DNA from: Trichosphaerium sp. ATCC 40318
Lineage: Eukaryota; Protista; Tubulinea
Reading direction: 5' to 3'
Length of the DNA: 64,000 nucleotides
Assembly (NCBI GenBank): GCA_038496445.1
Contig: JALMLS010000015.1
Location: forward strand, 620,001 to 684,000
Shown here one piece after another: positions 12,266 to 24,609 of this stretch (positions are counted from its first letter, which is position 1; every line of letters begins with the position of its first letter). Made by a program: the position numbers and the translations under genes. Below the pieces are notes generated by a model. The model saw only the letters and a program-made list of their open reading frames with translations, made no database searches and was not told the origin of the DNA.

Positions 12266-12974
12266 TTAATAAAGTTACTTACGAAACTATAGAAGTTCCA
12301 ACCATACATAGGGCATGCCATAGCAAAAAAAATACTGTTTATCGTTTGACTATGTAATGCAACGTTTAGACTATTCAACGAGCATGTACATTTGTTATTC
12401 ACCGTGTAAAGGGCTATCTTTCCATTCACTTATCACTCACAAACAAAAACAACTGCGGCTGTAGGTACCACTGGTAAACTTACACTTAGATGAGTTTTGA
12501 TAAAACTCTTGTATGGTTCTCTTTTGTTTAGCGTTTCTAAATGTTTGAATGATCCAGTTGTGCTCAAACAAACTTGAAGTGAGTTTGAAGTAGTTGTGAC
12601 CGCTGGTAGTATCATGAGCAAGAGAAGTAATATTCCGAGTCTAATCACGTGTTTCGAAAATAGAAAAATAATGATTGATTTTTAATACCTTTCATTCAGA
12701 ACTGGATACTGTATTGTACAAAGAAATATAATCCCAAAGTCCAATCATGGGTTTCGAAAACTAAAATGAAGTAATGTGAATTGTTTGGCTACGAGCAACT
12801 TTAGTATCAACGGAATTTTTGGCGTGCAAAATTTTAGTCGCACTTACACCCCACGATAGTGACTGCTTTATGCTACTGTATGTACATGTATTCATTTTCT
12901 GTATTATAAGTGAGAAGCATAATTCTTGAGGCCAATCAGGTGATTGGAAAATGAAACGAGAAAAGTGTGATTTG

Positions 12975-13055
12975 TTGGCTAAGATCAGGTGTAGTATCAC
13001 CGAAATTTAGCAAATGTTTTGACTTATAAAATTTTTTGGTAAATTTATACCATAA
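12975..13055 (+). ncRNA. U2-like snRNA variant candidate (5' end may extend to ~12910)
   Basis: TTGGCTAAGATCAGGTGTAGTATC matches U2 at 23/24; Sm-type AAAATTTTTTGG at 13028-13039 followed by hairpin TGGTA..TACCA. Confidence 0.5.
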
Positions 13056-13114
13056 GATAGCGAGTGCTTTCCCAGTCTGAATGTGGTTGTTGTTTTTCTT
13101 TATTGTTTAGAGAA

Positions 13115-13309
13115 GGGGTTGACCTCATCTGGCGGGTAGTGTAAGGCCTGACAGATCATTGCAGGGGTGGAAAGGCAAGCCAGTCCGACAATCCCCTGCC
13201 CCCGGAAAAAATTCGCTTAATCTTGTGGGGGACATTCGTCCCCCATTCAGAGATTAAACTGAATAGAACAGATACTACACTTGATCTTAGCCAAAAGGCC
13301 GAGAAGGTT
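13115..13309 (-). ncRNA. U2: U2 spliceosomal snRNA (full length, ~195 nt)
   Basis: Conserved 5' domain with GUAGUA branch-recognition sequence, stems IIa/IIb (GGGGGAC GAAU GUCCCCC), U-rich Sm site, stem III, stem IV loop CCUUACACUACC. Confidence 0.95.
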
Positions 13310-13501
13310 GCTTATTAGGTGCATTTGAACATGCTTTATCATGCAACACATATTTTTAATTGTGGTATGAAAATACAAAAATGTCATTGCAAACTAAAAT
13401 GGCCACAACAACGCATACCACACTTGCATTGGTCCTTTTTCTTTTTCTAGCGTTTTTTAATTTATAGAATATATGATAACAACCTCATTTCCAAAATAAC
13501 A
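13252..13501. repeat. Right arm of the 250-bp inverted repeat
   Basis: See 10544-10793. Confidence 0.92.
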
Positions 13502-13559
13502 GCTTCTTTAACATGCATTGAGCGCTATAATGCGAAAAAATTTTGAGCGCAATTACAAA

Positions 13560-14406
13560 AAGTAGAAAATTGTGTATCCGTATTTCTTAGAAAAGTCATG
13601 ACGAAGTCGTTTTACACAATGTCGCACTCGAACTAAGGTATTAGAACCCATATACAACCCTATCATCATTCAGGGCGTGTTTTTTGAAGCAAGCACACGC
13701 GCTCAAGTTCATAGGAAGTCTACGTTGAACAACGTTCTTATTCGCTACTATAGCAGTCTTTGTGCGTAGTAGCGTCTAAACTGACGACTCTTTCTCAACC
13801 AAGTCGATCATGATCGCATTTTTTCGTTACCTCCAGTTACAGGACACAATTGGTACTTCCGCAGTTGTTATATTACGCAAGGCTTACCGTATATTCCTCA
13901 ATGTCGAAATGTGTTATTTCTACTTTATATACCTGTTTGTGACCATACTCAACTGTATGCTTAAAGTCGTTTGTGGCGTTTGGAAATAAATGCCAATCTT
14001 AATTTTTTTGCACACTCGACACTTTACCATATTCTCTCCTCTGAGGTTGGTGAAGACGCATTTTAATACAATAATCTTGCTCTTGCATAGAAAGAAAGTA
14101 GTAAAACAAAACAATTCCATAAAACTCCATGAGCCCTAGCGTAAGCGAAATGGTTAACTTACTGTACGCAGGTGGTCCTTTGGAAAGATTCCTTACAAAT
14201 TTAAACAACCTGACACGTGATATGCACTGTCTTGTGTTCCACATTAAACAAATACGTTGTTTCCTATTTTGAAAAGCCATGTTATTGTTAGCATTGAAAG
14301 AACGGATTTGCTCATTGTTGCATAATGTTAAAACTGTAATCAAAACCACAAGAATAGTACACTCAAACCACTGTATTGTATTCTCTTCAAAGTTTTCGAA
14401 GTACAT
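13560..14406 (-). CDS. Hypothetical multi-exon protein
   Basis: Open exons joined by GT..AG introns (EQDYCIKMRLHQPQRREY|DWHLFPNATNDFKHTVEYGHKQVYKVEITHFDIEEYT); both ends uncertain. Confidence 0.35.
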
Positions 14407-14504
14407 AATGAAAGTACTTAGATCAATCTAATCTCACTTTTAGTTATCACAAAATAGAAACAGTATAGCACCAATATCGAAGTTCGCCAAACATGTTCTC
14501 ACTC

Positions 14505-14755
14505 GTTGCAATAAGCTCTAGGTTTACACTTCGAGCTCCTTTCCGTGCGCAAAGGAAGGGGACGTCTCCTCTTGCAAGTCGTGAAAATAGCTATGGGATG
14601 TATGGTTAGCCGAGACCATGGCCTGGCTCCATCGTTGCTTCTCACAAAGGTCGGATGGGAAGTGTGAAGTGCGGTAGGGCTCCTTCAGCTCTCTCAGATT
14701 GGGCATCAGCCAAAACCGAGACACTCCACGTACTCAAAATAACGTACAGCTTTAA
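14505..14755 (+). ncRNA. Unidentified structured RNA candidate
   Basis: GC-rich intergenic island; 10-bp closing helix 14523-14532/14659-14668 enclosing four hairpins; G-U pairs favour the + strand. Confidence 0.55.
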
Positions 14756-15213
14756 AATATCTCCATGACGAAAAACTGTTTTATTATGGAAGCAATAAGT
14801 TGCTACAAAATCGCCTCTAGCTGTATGTAAGATACTTACAATTAATTCTCCGCCGGGTTTTATTAAAACACAGGTTAAATCTTGCTAAACACAAGTGTTC
14901 TTAGTGGTACTAGATGCTTCATGATAACTAACAATGTTCCAATGAATACACAGCAAAGTCTTATTTAAAACAAAGAAACAGCTTGTACTCGTTTTGTGAC
15001 AGTCCCTGAAAAGTTCTGCATACTTTCAAAAGGATCGTCACCAAAAAAGAAATAACTTTTACTTTGTCAAGCACTAGTACTGTTACCACAAACTACAATA
15101 CAGTGAAGTATTACTATTACCGTACATGATAAATTTCTTCAGCGGGAAAATAAATCACGTGGTGAACTATAAAATTTCGTTTACTCTTTGCAATAATTAA
15201 CATCTAGACATTT

Positions 15214-18200
15214 CTACTTTACTCTATATGCATTGAATGTCTTGATTGGTATAACATCTCTTCCCTCTTCTACTACTATTGGTTTCTTATTCCAATTTAC
15301 ACTACCTTTATCGTCGTTTTCATGCTGTTGATCATCAGGAACAGAAACATCTTCAAGCGCTGGCATTTTTGTTTCAGAATCCGTTTCTTCTTTTTCTTTT
15401 TGATTTTCTTCTTCGTCTTCTGGTAGTTCAATGTTCTCGTTTGATTGGCTGAGTTTATTACAAGTATCAACTACCATTGCGAATATACTTTGCATTTGCA
15501 TTGCACCACGACCTGTATTTTCAGAAACATCTGAAAAGAATCTAGATCTCGAAGTCACGCTCTCTGATTCTGATTCATCTTCTTCGTCTGGTAGTGTAAG
15601 ATGGATGGGTTTTTGCTCGTTTTCACTTGGAGCAGTAGGTTTGATAATCATACCATCAGACAGTGACTTCTAGTAAATCGTTAGGTGTCAAGAAATGAGA
15701 AGTAAAGAAATGTAATAGTTGATCACGTGTTCGGAGGTTAAGCTTAAAAACTGCTTGTATGTGATGCAATAGCACATATATATTATTTTGAGGAAATAGT
15801 TGTGGGTTCAAAAATCTTAAGACGCAAAGAGAAGACAAAGTTGATTTCACGCCAAAAAAAAAAATGTCTAAATATTTCTAATCTGGTTTTACCTTGCTTC
15901 TATGTAAACCAAACTTTGAACTATACATTCTCCTTCTAGATATAGAATCTGGACTATTCTCAGGCCAATTATTCGGATCTTCTTCTCCATTAACATCGTC
16001 CTGTTTCTTTATACTTATCGACACTGACTTTTTAGATTTTGGGTCTCTAAAGATTTTCGAAGAACGGACTGATTTTCTCGCTTGACCTTTACCCTCAGAT
16101 ACTCCAGAATGGTCAACCTTTTCATTACCCTCTGGTGAACCTTTTGAACTCTTTTCAATACGTATAACTTTATCATCACGGCTGATTTTTACTGACTTTT
16201 TATCGCCTGATGATCTAAGACTCTTTCTCCAAGATAATCTTTTTCCTTCAGTGCGTTTTGATGTATTTGATTTTTCAGACGAATTCTCTGTATCTCCTGA
16301 TATCTGAGATGCAAGCATAGACCAATAGTTTCCATAAATAGATCCAGGGACACCACTTGGTACATCATCAACAACCTTAAAGTTCGTTAAATGTTTGCTC
16401 ATAAAATGCTAAAAAAAGGCAATTCCAAAAAGGAGAACAGTGGGATGTTTCGTACTGATTCTACAGCTGGGAATATTTCAGTTAGACGCATTGCTAAGTG
16501 AGCTTTCTTTTCAGCTGGTTCTTTACGTAGCCAAGTATATACGCTTTGTGATATCTGGTTTGTTTGAACCATTACGTAAAGAGTCTAAGGTAATAGTTAA
16601 CATTTGTTTTTGCTGGTTAAAAAAACCCCTCTCACGTTGTCTATGGCTTGTTCTTGATCTGCATTTATCACCCGAGGCCAGTTTTATTCCTATTCGATGA
16701 AATTCCTACAAAAAAATTAATTCACGTGGTAGCATGCTACAGCAAATCAACGTACCTGAATTTTCACCCACTATCTTTTCAGCATTCCTTCTTGTTATAT
16801 TGACGATTTGACTTAGTTGCTCAGCTGAAAGCTTGTTTTCAGTAAAATCAAGCAATAAAATATGCTCGTTGAATTTCATAGAATTAACGATAGAATCTCC
16901 AATAGCGCTTGTTATATTGTTACCCCAAAATATGAGTGCTTCAAGTTTTGTTGTTTGTAACAATTCAGTCAATGATTTTTCAAAGCCATCATCGATTCCA
17001 TTGTGACCCAAATCTAGTCTCTTCAAACCACAAGAAGGCGCATCATTTATCGCCTTTAATATCTTAGAAGCTCCAGTATTACCCAAATTGGTTTTTTGTA
17101 AGAGGAGAGCCTCCAGTGTGGTATTCTTTCTGTAAGAAAAAAATGAGAATTTTTGATGGAACACAAAAGTATGATTGTCTTTCGTACAAAAGGAGAGAAG
17201 CAACCATTACTCCTCCTTTAGGTCCAAGATTATTATTTGATAAATTAACTTCAGTTATAAATTTATTATCAATGATTCTATCAATTAATATATTGAGAGA
17301 AGTAAGGCTAAGACCAACCTGCCTACAACGAAACAAGAACGTTAGCAACGAATATTTTTTGAACAAAATGACCCAAACCTTAAGTTCAAAATCTTCAAGT
17401 AAGGAAAGAATGCCACGCCCTGAAGTACTGCGTCTAAGTCGTGTGGTCTTTTTAAACAACGGTGAGCTATTATTTAAGAATTTCATAAGAATTGTAACGT
17501 ACAATAATTTATAGTTTGATAGGGTAAGTGCCTTTAGAGGGAACTGATTTTTATCATTATAATTTGAAATCGCTGAAATGAGTTGATCAACAACGTGCTT
17601 CAGTGGTGATATAAATAACCTATTATAAGTTACTTCATTAGCAAAAATGTACAAGCAATAAACATACTTTTCGCAAGCGTAGTGGTAGGCGAATATGAAG
17701 TTTTCAATGTACAAGTCTTTAGGCATTTTTGATACTTCAAATCCGTATAACTTTAAATGTTGAAGAAATTGCTGATAATCCTCTGGTTCGAAGAACATAG
17801 TGAGATCCTTCCATTGAATGCATACAACATGAGGCTCAGTCATATCAACATACGCCTTAATAAAGTAGTTATAAGCACGTGATAAGCAATGAGTGTGTTG
17901 GTTTTCTTTCGTACTTTAGGGTTCATTGAAAAGTTATAATGAAATCCGTTTTCTTTTTTCACTTTTGCTTTGGCTTTAGCTAAGAATCCTTCATCATCTT
18001 TTATCCATAGATCGGTTTCCGTTAATATTATATTTTTGTTTGATTCCTTGTTACCACTGCAAGCAACTCTCCTTCTGAGTGTCAGCAAAACTTGAAGAAA
18101 ACAATGGTAAAAAAATCGTACTTTCTCTTAACACCTCTGTAAGACGCACTTCTCATCTCTATTATCCAATCTAAACGAGATTTACCACTCTTTGTAGCAA

Positions 18201-19765
18201 AAATATAACTCTCATAGCCACTTCTAGAATGCTAAAGAGCAAATAAATTAGCAAACAACAACCTATTTTTTCTTTCAAATGTACAGTTGGCATTATTTTA
18301 ATGCCATGTTGTTTCTTATCCCATGGCATGACAGTCGCATCTTTTAAATTTATAATATGCTCTGGACTGCTATCATCTTCCTAAATATTTTAGAGACTCA
18401 AACACAAATCTTTAAACGAACCTTATCACTCGAAAAAATGTACAAAAAGTTGCCATTAATAATGACCCTAAAGCAAGAAAAGTTAGTCGTAATTCAAACA
18501 CAAAATCAATGCATTGTACCATCGCGTCTTCCATGATTTAAACCCAAGATGAGCTAAACACATTGCTGTTAAATATGTAACTGTTTATATCGTCTTACTT
18601 CGATACCATAACCACCCAGAGTAGTTTATTGACTTAAACATAGACAGATTTATCTACACAAAAAATTAAGTTCATTTCAACATTGTACAATACTCACCTC
18701 GTGTTTATATGTTTTACCACGTGTTAAATATAAATCCCATGTTTTACATGAGAATGAAATAGGTTTAGAATTATCATCTTCAATTGCTTCTTCAGTAAGC
18801 ATCTCATACTCGCAATATCTACAACCATTTGTTAGACCATAAACAAAATCTCTTGAACCTTTCACCTACTCTACGAATCCAATGAATGCAGCGTCAACGC
18901 TTTTACCAGTATGAGCGGAACATTCTGCGTAGTAAAAGCCTAATTGTTTGGTATACTGGATAACAGCTGCAGCATCTACCTTTCTCTCCAAGTCGGCTTG
19001 TACAAGTTAACAAAAAAGCATGCACGTGGTACTAGACCGAGAAAAAAAAAGCCCTCGATACCGCTTTCCTATTTACCCTCGCGAATGAAAGATATCTCGC
19101 GAGGGTTAGGAAGGCGTGTTTTTAATCTTCAGAAAAAAAACGTTGTACGAAAAGGTATTTTCCTTTTTTAGACCTCTAGCGCGTCCGATTTATAAAAATA
19201 TCGTAGTAATTACGTACTCTTATTACCGATCAACCCAATAATAGCAGTACTGTTCACTTGGGAAACTTGATAAGCCCACTCTTTTGCTTTCTCAAAACTG
19301 TCCTCATCTTTTGAGAAAAAACATGTGTTTAGAATAACACCTCTTCGTATACACTGATCGACGTTTAACGTACCAGTGACATCAAATAAAAGAAGGCAGG
19401 AAACCACATGAGGAAAGTACACAGGTTTTAGCTTATGGTAACTAGATAATGATGCAATGTCCTAAAACCGCGTTACACTAAAAAGACTAAATAAAAAAAT
19501 TCTTGATGAAAATATTTTCCTTCTAAACTAGTTATTACCCATAAATCTAAATTATAATTTATATTCCTTGTTTCTACAAGCGTATGAAGTAACTTTCCGT
19601 CGACTTTATGCTTTTCATAACTACTTGGGTCTTTTGTTACTTTGGAACAAAATAGAGACTTCCCTACGCCACTTGTACAGTGTTACGATCGTTGACATTG
19701 ATTTCATGTTCCACGTGCCTCTTACCAGCTATTACAATGTTAAGCTTTCTTTCGCTCACACTCAT
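15214..19765 (-). CDS. Multidomain protein: degenerate Rab-like GTPase - PH - CARMIL-like PH/LRR - disordered tail
   Basis: MSVSERKLNIVIAG.., LDLW|DIASL, CLLLFDVT, IGNK|TD, ECSA; PH domain SGWLY..KSWKTRWVIINGNFLYIF..LDWIIEM; RI-type LRRs (LSNNNLGPKGG, LGHNGIDD); exons splice through to the stop at 15214. Confidence 0.7.
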
Positions 19766-20067
19766 GGTGCGCTGCGGACTAACGGGTGAATAGGGGCGAA
19801 TGATACAGTTGAAAAAAAGTCAACTTTCAACTCCTGTTTGGAGAAACACGGTTTGTACTGCAAAGCTTTTTTTATGAATGAACACTATTAGAACTAACTC
19901 TTAAGCACGATGACTGTTTCTGAATGTGCTAAAATTTTTTGCAGTAAACGCCATTTTGTACGCCCACAAGTTGTGCGTGGCATTTATACTCTTGAATTCT
20001 GGTGAATACAAATGAGTAATACAAAAGAAATAATTATCTGAGTTTAAACAGAAGAGTATGATCATCT

Positions 20068-21389
20068 CTACAGACGTGAAGGTGGCAACACAAATGTACC
20101 TAGATTCATGTTAAAACGTAAGTTGTCGTGAATTCTAGAGCGATGTACCCATATCACGTTCTTTGACAGCTTGTTTGAATCCAACTAAAAAACAAAAAGT
20201 CACATTTTTGAAAGGAGTTAGAAGTGGACGAACTTCGGTCCCAGGCAGGTACTTACCTTTTTCTGCTCTTGCTTTGAATGCTCTACCCTCGGGTGTGTGG
20301 CGCGAAATACCATCCATTACAATAGCAAGACGTTGAGTAGAGAACTAAATGCAGATGAGGAAGAAGTACAATTATTTCTTTAATTTCTTACCAATCCTGT
20401 CTGTTCAACAGCATTGTTGATTACCATCTTTTGCATTGCCATTTGGTTTTTTGGTACAGACTTTAACTTTCTCGCTACGCGCACTATTTGTTTACTCGTC
20501 AGCTTGACTTAAATCACGATAGTATGACTTACTAGTTTCTTGCTCCAATTGATCTGCAGGCACTGACTTTGTAATGAGTCCCAAGCGCTCAGCTTCTTTC
20601 CCACTTAAGACTGCTCCAGTCAATAGCATCCTTTTGGCTTGCGCTATACCCAACCGATAAAACCAGTGCGCTGTAGTTGGACATCCCCTATGGACATTAA
20701 CAAAGGTCATAGATTAAGCCAAGTGCGCACCACAAACGCGATGGAGGATATCCTATCTACACAACAGCAGTCAGAGAAACACGATAAACCACAACAAATA
20801 CGAGCTACCTTTGCATCGTCAGCCATAATGATCCAATCGCAGCATAAAGCAATATCACTACCGCCAGCAACAGCGAATCCTTGAATCTTACATATAACAA
20901 CCTTCATAGCCCTCCATATACTCATGAAGCAATAATTACAGTGCGACATGAATTTGTAGTCCAGCAGAGGATCCCAAACCTTACCTCAAAATAAGAATGA
21001 GTTTAAAAAAGTGTTACTTACCTTATCCTGTGTAAACTTATTGTCAGGATCTTCAGCAAAGTCCTTGAGATCGTAGCCTGTCCTGTTGTCAGAATTTTCT
21101 ATGACACTTTTGTTGTACCTGAGCAAAACGCTCTTCCTTCGCCTTGTAAGACAATCACAGACACATTTGCTGCAAATACAGTTAATAACGTAATTGTACA
21201 GCTTATTTTACGTACGATCCCTATCTGCTGTCTCAACAGCGTTTTTAAGAGCGTCTGGAAGCGTCATACTAAGTTTATTACATACAAAACCATATTAAAC
21301 TAATACCTGATGGCGTTTAGCCGCTTTGGTCTGTTCAAGGTAATAAACGCAATACCATCATCTACGCGAAGGACGACTTCACTCGTCAT
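20068..21389 (-). CDS. Enoyl-CoA hydratase/crotonase-family protein, peroxisomal (PTS1)
   Basis: ITLNRPKRLNAI, AFCSGYDL, KIQGFAVAGGSDIALCCD, AKRMLLTG; last exon ends ..PPSRL-stop. Confidence 0.9.
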
Positions 21390-21667
21390 TGCCGGTTACA
21401 GGTGCAGAAATAATAATTAATAAAAAACAAGAAATTTCGGTTCAAAAACTGTTAGAAATAAGCCTGACAATGAATCTTATTTACTTTGTTACAATGCACT
21501 GCGTATGTTTACGCTAAATATCGTACTATGGTATTGAACCCTGACGCGATTCTAAATGACAAATGGGTTGATATAGGTTGATAAGAAGAGGGAGACATGC
21601 CACTATCATCAAGAGCCAAAAACCGTTTCTTTAAAGCGCTTTTTGGTTCAAAAAACAAAAGACATTT

Positions 21668-22611
21668 TTAGTGATGACCATGAGCCTCTTTTGCTGCTTT
21701 CGCAGAAGACTCATCATACTCGTATATAGGTCCCCAGTAGTGGTGAGTATCATCTACACCCATTATCGTGCCCTTTACGCGCTTCTCTGATAGGTGCGTC
21801 TTTGTCTCGACCATTTCAGTTACCCACTCTTTAAACAGCTTCTTGTATTTAGGGTACTGATTTGGCCAGTCTTTCTTTGGGTTACCATGAGCAGACTTTG
21901 GGTTATCGCGTAATTGGTCAGGAAAGTATTTTTCGTTAGACCATTTGTAGTGGCTCTTCAATAGCTCTTTGTGGCTTTGCCATGCGTAGGATGGTTGCTC
22001 CTACGATTGGGCGTAAGAAATAAAGGTTTTGTGACATTTAAACAAAACGTTTGTAAATAAATCGCCGGAACAACAGGAAAGAGTGTTTACCTTTGAGCAA
22101 TCATAGTTTGGACAGCTCAAACGTTCTAGATACGCCATACTAAGTTGGTGACAGTATTTTTCATAGTTAACACCTGTTAACCCATTAATTACTGTTCGTG
22201 GTTCCATGGACTACTTACCGCTTCTTTTAACGCATTCTGAGAGCTTTTCTTTTATAATCATCAAGGATTGGAAAGCAACCAACTTTTCTCTCTCGCGTTG
22301 AATAAAAGCTCGGTGCCAACTCTAATTAGTGTTATTCGTGTTTTGTGGGCTACAAGCGTAGAAAATTTTATATTTAAGCTTAAATACGTTTATAGTGTAC
22401 GCACTTCGAAAGAAGAGTGATCATAGTCTTCTTCGTGAAAGTCTGGTACGCGCTTCCAACGATAAGGATTATGCCTGTATGGTAGTGGTAGCGGTTCTAA
22501 ATCATCGGCGTAACCAGCCAAAGGATAACATTGCCCTCTGTTTTCTCCTCTGAAATCGGTCCATATACTGTAACTACCGACTCCACCGGTTTCCTCACCA
22601 CGTTTATCCAT
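21668..22611 (-). CDS. NDUFB10: Complex I subunit NDUFB10/PDSW-like, with N- and C-terminal extensions
   Basis: Spliced core REREKLVAFQSLMIIKEKLSECVKRSG|VNYEKYCHQLSMAYLE fits the C-x3-(E)GVN-x4-C-x2-L-x3-Y pattern. Confidence 0.65.
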
Positions 22612-22753
22612 GTTTGTTGGGTACTGAGGAAAATTGCAGTCACTTCCTTAATAATCAAACTCGTAGACTTAATATTACAAAAAGGGCGCCTTTACAAACC
22701 GCAATGCATTCATTTTGGGACTATATTTACAAGTGTAGCAAAAAAAATTCCAT

Positions 22754-24609
22754 TCACACAGAAACGGATGGGTCAAAGTCAAGATCTTCGTCGTCGTTAT
22801 CATGTCGTCCATATACCACAAAACCATCACTCGACGTTCGTGGTACCTTGGCGCTAACGTAGCCGTTTTCTCTAGAGAGTGTCAAACAAATAAGAACAAA
22901 AAAGGCGTCAAGCGTCTCACCCTCCTTTAGGCGATATTGGCAAATTAGCAGCACTTCCAGGCGGTAATCGACGTGTTCTATTGCGTTGAGAAGTACGCTT
23001 TGGCGTTGGCGAATCAGGCGCTACATTAAGCTTTGGTTAGGCTAGGACGATAGGAATTAATGCTGTACGTGGAGCTGGTTGGCTCGTCTGCATTTCCTTC
23101 CTCCGTTTCGCTCGCGTTTGCATTTGATTTGCGTCTTCTCCAATTTGTCTCTTACTACTCACATTAGGCGGCGGCTTCCTGCTTCTGGCAAGTTGGTGCT
23201 GAGGGTAACCAGGTGGTTTTCGCTTATCATCTTCAAGAAACGCCTTCAAAGAACCTAAAAAAGCACCTCGCGTCAATACAAGGGAGATTTCAAGTAAACC
23301 TTTTTTTTCTTGTGGAGAAACCACGAAACACAAAGTTGGTCATACCGCTCGGGTTAATTGAATTTGTTTGTGTATATTCCATAATATCTTCCATCAAGTA
23401 AACAACTTCAGCAATCTCAAACATAAAAACAAGCTGTGCTGGTAGCCCAGATGCATGTATATGAGCTTTAGGATCATTACCAGGTACTACAACACTCTTA
23501 TGTGATCTAATTTCAAATTCCCAAGACAACACTTTCAAGCTAAACAAAGAAGTTAATAAAGAACAAAAAGTCCTAAAACGGAATATAAAATCTGTCCGTA
23601 GAGGTTTTACAAAAAAGTTTTTTTCAAAAGCAACGAAAGGGTACCTGTTGGAAAATATAACACGTAGGTGACCTTCAAGTATAGTATGCTCTTCTGGACG
23701 GAAAGTCATTAATACTCGCGTTCGTGGTGCGAATAAAACGTTTGTATTTTCTATACGCCATTCCCTAGTTTACGTCAATACGAATGAGCGACTCCTTACA
23801 AAAAAAACGAAAGGACACAGGAAATAGTCATAAAATAAAAAAAAATTTGTCACTCACTTTGGATCTTCCATAAAGTTAGAAACCTCTCTTACATGCGTAT
23901 ACAGAGTCTCAAACATCCGTGCCATAGATTCAGCATGTATTTCGAACGATCTGCGGGCTATTTGGAAAGAAAAAAAAATGTTAGCAAAATGCCAGTCTTG
24001 CGCTTATCAAATGATGTGCGTACAACGTCCATTGCTTGTTTCTTGTATGAATGTATATTTGTATATCGCTGAAGCATCAAAGTATTCTCGAACGTAATGT
24101 CGCCAATAAGTAATATTGTTATTACACTACTCATTGTAAGCAATAATTCGCTTTAGGGCGCAAATACAATGATGGTTCACAATGCGGTTTAAAAACGGGC
24201 CTAAACGTACTCGTATTCTGTTTGCGTATGCTTGCATGTGACTAACATGGAGAATAAGCTGTCCAATTGCAATTCGCGAGCGTCTGTAAAAAAAACGTAT
24301 AAGTTCAATTTGCTGGCCAATAGACACAAATTAGTAGATGCACTGCGTGCTTGTGCAATCAACTTTGATGACAATGGGAAATAATGACTCGTATTTTTCC
24401 CAAGCGCAAGATATTGCTCGTGAATGGGCTACAGGCCGCAGTGAATGTAAATTTACTTACTGTATTGGAAACGGTACACGCCTACGGGCAGCTTGATAAT
24501 TAGGGTCGTGCTGTTGGGGTACACCCTTATGAGGCTGTCCGAGCACCATGTTAGGGGCACCATGGGGCGGATTGCCTTGTCGCATGTGGGGGTGCTGTTT
24601 ACTCTTCAT
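22754..24609 (-). CDS. LIM-domain-binding (LDB/SEUSS/Adn1) family transcription cofactor
   Basis: NNITYWRHYVREYF, RSFEI..MARMF, EGHLRVIF..LKVLSWEFEIRSH, FEIAEVVYLMEDIMEY; Gln/Pro-rich N-terminus. Confidence 0.8.

Noticed and set aside
10544-13501. TIR DNA transposon
   Set aside because: Arms are U2 promoter/gene sequence; no target-site duplication or transposase seen.
14524-14724. 66-aa minus-strand ORF
   Set aside because: Non-ATG start, no recognisable protein features; base-pairing pattern better explains the region.
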